The position numbers and the translations under genes were made by a program. A stretch of 64,000 bases of DNA from Alphaproteobacteria bacterium (GTDB taxonomy: Bacteria; Pseudomonadota; Alphaproteobacteria; UBA828). Each line of letters starts with the position of its first letter. Within the stretch, counting starts at the first letter, position 1. Where the stretch lies: positions 3,008,001 to 3,072,000 of the forward strand of contig CBDEFM010000002.1 in NCBI GenBank assembly GCA_965237415.1, given 5' to 3'. The notes beneath the pieces are model-generated. The model did not search any database, was not told the origin of the DNA, and was given only the letters and a program-made list of their open reading frames with translations. Positions 60,218 to 64,000 of this stretch are shown in pieces.

Positions 60218-61473
60218 CGGACCGCTCCCGACACCGGCCACGGCCGCGCGACCGTCCGCAGGGCCTCGATGTCGTAGCGGGCGTAGATCGAGGTCGTCCT
60301 GAACGACCGGTGGCGCAGAACCTCGCCCACCTCGTCCAGCGACGCGCCACGGCCGAGCATGTCGACGGCCAGCGAGTGACGCAGCATGTGGCTCCGGACC
60401 TCGCCCCCGGGCGGCGTCAGAGCCGTCTTGGCGAAGGCCTCGTGAAGCACCCTGTTGATGATTTGCGAAGAAGCGAATGGTCTGTAGGGGGCCCTCCAGG
60501 TGACGAACAGGTGCCGTGATGTTCCCGCGCGGCCATCGAGTGCATAGGCGACAATCGCCTCGCCGACATCGGGGAGAAGCGGCATGCGATCATGCTGCCC
60601 GCCCTTGCCGCGGACCAGAAACTCCGACGCGGGCCAGTTGATGTCGTCGAGTCGGATCGCGACCACTTCCTCGGCGCGCAGGCCAAGCCGGGCCATCATG
60701 AGCAGCATCGCGTAGTTGCGCCGGCCGCGACCGTCGTCGTCGTGGATCGCGTCGATCAGTTTCCGCACCTCGACGGGCGGCAGATGGCGTGACAGGCCAC
60801 GCGCACGTGCTGCGGAGATCCGGGGGACGCCGAGGGGGACGAGATTCTGACGGATTCGGCGGGTCGCGTACAGGAACCTGAAGAGGCTGCGCAGGTGCGT
60901 CGCCCCGTCGCCTCGTCCGGATCCGCCCGTTTTCATCGGCGGCGCGTCAAGGAAGCTCAAAATGTCGTCAGGCGTGATGTCATTCAGTTGCCCAAGTGCC
61001 GCGCCGAAGCGGAAGGTCATGAAGCGCCTGAGAAAGCCCTGACGTTTCTTGATCGTTGTCTGGCCCAGTCCCTGCTGGTGACGCAGCCAGTCGCCGTACG
61101 TCGCGCAGAGATGCTCGAGCGACCCCGGTGCCGGGGGAGCCGGAGGCGTTGGCGGAGCAATCACGCCAGTATCTATGAGATGTGCGATGAACCGAGCGAT
61201 GCAGCCTTGCCGGCCGCGCTGTCCCTTGACCGACCGCAGTGTGGGAACCGCGTCCTGCAGTTCCGCGAGTACCGCCTCGTCGATTTCTTCGGCATCGAGA
61301 CCGCGTTCGGTGACCTGCTCGCAGAACAGGCCAATCGCGCGGCTGTGAGGTTCGATGGTACTCGCAGCATAATCGAGCCTGCCGAGTTCGCCGAGGTAGG
61401 CGTCACGGTGCCGTGTCAACCAATTAGCCTCGCCCGGCCCCTCATTGTGGTCATGATCGATACTCGAAGACAT
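60214..61473 (-). CDS. RIT tyrosine recombinase A
   Basis: RLGLRAEEV, GKGG, HMLRHSLA and VLRHRS..TTSIYA motifs. Confidence 0.92.
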   Translation of the reverse strand: MSSSIDHDHNEGPGEANWLTRHRDAYLGELGRLDYAASTIEPHSRAIGLFCEQVTERGLDAEEIDEAVLAELQDAVPTLRSVKGQRGRQGCIARFIAHLIDTGVIAPPTPPAPPAPGSLEHLCATYGDWLRHQQGLGQTTIKKRQGFLRRFMTFRFGAALGQLNDITPDDILSFLDAPPMKTGGSGRGDGATHLRSLFRFLYATRRIRQNLVPLGVPRISAARARGLSRHLPPVEVRKLIDAIHDDDGRGRRNYAMLLMMARLGLRAEEVVAIRLDDINWPASEFLVRGKGGQHDRMPLLPDVGEAIVAYALDGRAGTSRHLFVTWRAPYRPFASSQIINRVLHEAFAKTALTPPGGEVRSHMLRHSLAVDMLGRGASLDEVGEVLRHRSFRTTSIYARYDIEALRTVARPWPVSGAVR

Positions 61474-61854
61474 GTTTCGCTCCTTTCACTTCGAGGTGAA
61501 TGGAGCGAGCAGCCATCAAAGACCAAAGACACGCAACCGCGGCTGACGCTTGCCGTTCAATGGATCAAGACGGACGGATGACGGGAACCGAGGCGAAAGG
61601 TCAGGAGTCAATCGGGCCCGTGAATATGCCGATATCGCCCGCGTGGCAGCCAGACGAATCAACGGCTTGAGCTGTCAACGCGGCATATTCTGAATGTCGG
61701 CATATTTGCCGAGCCCCTCCCTTCAGTTGCGGTAGGAATGCACGTAAAGGTTCGGTCGGGCCGGTATAGGCCGACGTTGGGCTCATCATCCATGTCGGGA
61801 TGAACTCTAAAATTGGGCTGGTAACGCGTTTTGCCATGGGCTATCGTTGAGCGC

Positions 61855-64000
61855 ATGGCGGTTCTCGACGAAGATATTGGCGCAGCGCTGACGCAGGCCG
61901 ATGGTGACGATGCAGGTTGGTCGTTCCCTGCGTCCGTGCTGGAGCAGCAGCCGCGCGACTGGCGTTCGCTGTACGAGCGGCAGCACGCCCGTGCGGAGCG
62001 GGAACGGGCGCGGGCGGACGCGGCCGAAGCACGCTGTGAAGAGCTGCGCCGGTCAGATGTGGATGCTCGTTCCCGGGCGGGTTCTTTCAAGTGGCAGCTC
62101 GACAGCTGTCGGGGCAAGCTGGAGGCGTCCCGCGTCGAGGTGAAGGAACTGCGTCGCGCGGTGAAGGCCGCGCAATCATCGAAGGCGGAAGTGACGCGGT
62201 TTGAGCAGCGGCCTTCGGAATCCCGCATCGAGGCCGCCAGGCAGCCCCCGGTTGTGTCGCTCACGGAGGTCAACCAGCTGCGCAAGGCTCTGAAGGTGGC
62301 GCAGGCCCGGGCGGCGAAGGCCGGGTTGCTGGAGTACGAGGTCCGTGAGTTGCGCAAGGATTTGCAGGGCGCGGAAACCCACAAGGAGACGATCGGATCG
62401 CAGAACCGCGAGATCGTTCGTCTTGTTGCGGAACTGAGGCGACTGCGCGACCAGAAGGACGCGGTGAAATCCTTGTCCGGCGAGGGCTACCGGCTGCGCG
62501 TTGCTCTGAACGTGTCCGAGGCCCAAAAGGACAAATTGAAGGCGCGGCTTACCAAGCTTCGCGCGACCGGGGCGACGCTGTCAAAGTTGTCGTGCGACGA
62601 GGCTGCTCAACTTCGTACAGCCCTGAGGAGATCTCGGCGCCAGAAGGCCACGATCACGTCGTTCGGCAAGGAGAACGCCCGGCTGCGCAGGACCGTGCGG
62701 AAGTTGGAGAGGCGGCAAGCGTCGCTGGAGGTTCAGCCTGCCAAACTTCGTGCAATCAGAAAGGCGCTTGAGTCCGAGCTTGCCGGGCTTCGAGCGGTCA
62801 GGAAGACGCTGTCGAAGTCGCTGTCCATTGCGGATGCCGACCTGCGCAGGGCATTGCGGAGATCGCGGCGCCAGAAGGCCACGATCAAATCGCTGTCCAG
62901 GGAGAACGCCCGGCTGCGCAAGGGCGCGAAGGCGTCGTGGAATCGGATCCAGACGCTGGAAGCGCAGCTTGCCAGGCTTCGCGCGACCGGGGCGGTGCTG
63001 TCGAAGGCGCTGTTCGGCCGAAAGAGCGAGAAGCAGGAGACGCCGCGTTCCGGACGCCCGCGCGGCCAGCAGCGCGGCGCCCCAGGCCATGGCCGTACCC
63101 GACGGCCCGGGCTCGAGGAGCGCGAGGAGGAGATCAACCCGCCGAAGGAGGCGCGTGTGTGCTCCTGTTGCGGCAAGCCCTATGCGGCGATCGGCGCCGA
63201 TATCTCCCCGCTCGTCGAGATCGACGTCAAGGCCCACAAGCGTGTGATCCGCCGTCCGCGCTGGCGCCGGGCCTGCGGCTGCGCGTCGTCGCCGATCGAA
63301 GTGTCGGCGCCCCCGGTGCCGCGGTTGTTCCGCAACACGCCCTACGGAATCAGCGTGTGGGCCTGCGTCCTGTTCGAACGCTATGCCTGCTACCGCCCGC
63401 TCAAGCGGGTCGCCGCGTGGCTGTCCGACCGGGGGCTGCCGATCTCTCCCGGCACGCTCGCCGACAGCATGCTCCGCTTCGTGCCACTGTTCGAGCCAGT
63501 CGCCGGGGCGATCCTCGCGCACCAGGACAAGGCGGCGCTGCGCCATGCCGACGAAACCAGCTGGCGCGTGCAAGAGCTTCGCGGGGAAGACCGGTCGAGC
63601 CGCGCCTGGCTGTGGACCTCGGTCAGCAGCGATGCCGTCTACTTCCATATCGACCCTTCGCGCAGCGCCGAAGCGGCGGAGAAGCTGTTCGCGGCGGCCC
63701 TCCTCCACACGGTCATCGTCTGCGACCGCTATAGCGCCTACAAGCGGCTCGCTCGCCTTCGCGGGGGGCTGGTGACCCTTGCGTTCTGCTGGTCTCATCA
63801 ACGGCGCGATTTTATCGAGTGCGCGGCCGGCCAGGTCAGCCTGACGGAATGGTGCCGGGGATGGATCGAGCGGATCGCGTCGATCTACCGCCTGAACGAG
63901 GCGCGGCTGGAGCATTACGGCGCCGGGCTTGAGCGCCAGACGCCGGCGTTCGACACGGCACAGGGCGCGCTGAAGGAGACGCTCGACGGCCTGTTCGCGC
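61855..64000 (+). mobile_element. IS66-family transposase with long coiled-coil N-terminus (runs off right edge; IS left end ~61821 GTAACGCG)
   Basis: Frame 1 open from ATG 61855: ~380 aa coiled coil, then LFGRKSEK, CSCCG, CGC, HADETSW, DRYSAY and CWSHQRRDF. Not in the ORF track. Confidence 0.88.

Larger units (their letters stand above)
58177..61721 (-). mobile_element. RIT element (recombinase-in-trio) with 102-bp terminal inverted repeats
   Basis: Three overlapping tyrosine recombinase genes; IRs at 58177-58278 and 61620-61721 with 2 mismatches by eye. Confidence 0.9.

Noticed and set aside
1-64000. CRISPR array, integron cassette array or rRNA
   Set aside because: No regularly spaced repeats, attC series or rRNA-like sequence noticed on reading; the repeats found are IS/MITE/RIT ends, lox-like sites or coding repeats.

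Overview
High-GC proteobacterial DNA (probably Alphaproteobacteria; the giant Fn3/SwmB/Calx-beta protein resembles those I associate with marine or sponge-associated bacteria, which is inference only). It is mostly a heavily rearranged accessory region. Left part (1-11.9 kb): 3' end of a ParE-type toxin, an aldo/keto reductase, an integrase remnant, a SulP-STAS-cNMP transporter, a CMD protein, a TPR-like protein, a decayed tRNA-Met-like fragment, an NCS2 permease fused to a degenerate RsbW/HATPase-like domain, and a Zn-ribbon/HEPN protein. 12-27.4 kb looks like an integrated plasmid/ICE remnant. It holds a Cre-like recombinase gene enclosed by two inverted lox-like sites (candidate invertible switch), directly upstream of a ~2,600-aa surface protein that is truncated at its C-terminus. 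A co-oriented SLOG/SSB/AlkB/macrodomain/NADAR/Toprim/DUF4326 cluster follows (candidate anti-ADP-ribosylation or anti-defence module). 27.4-41 kb is a decayed defence island: a PD-(D/E)xK-like gene broken by an IS1595 and two copies of a 184-bp MITE, a mosaic of short fragments, a UPF0149-HipA chimera, an intact Hachiman-like hamAB pair, and IS256/IS110 pieces. 41-55 kb is an amide-utilisation cluster with an Urt-type ABC transporter, N,N-dimethylformamidase-family small and large subunits, and a non-canonical Rieske-like protein. 55-64 kb is a stack of mobile elements: IS21 remnant, IS66 fragment, group II intron, RIT element with 102-bp inverted repeats, and an IS66 transposase with a long coiled-coil N-terminus. 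All family calls come from motif recognition by eye; no searches were run.
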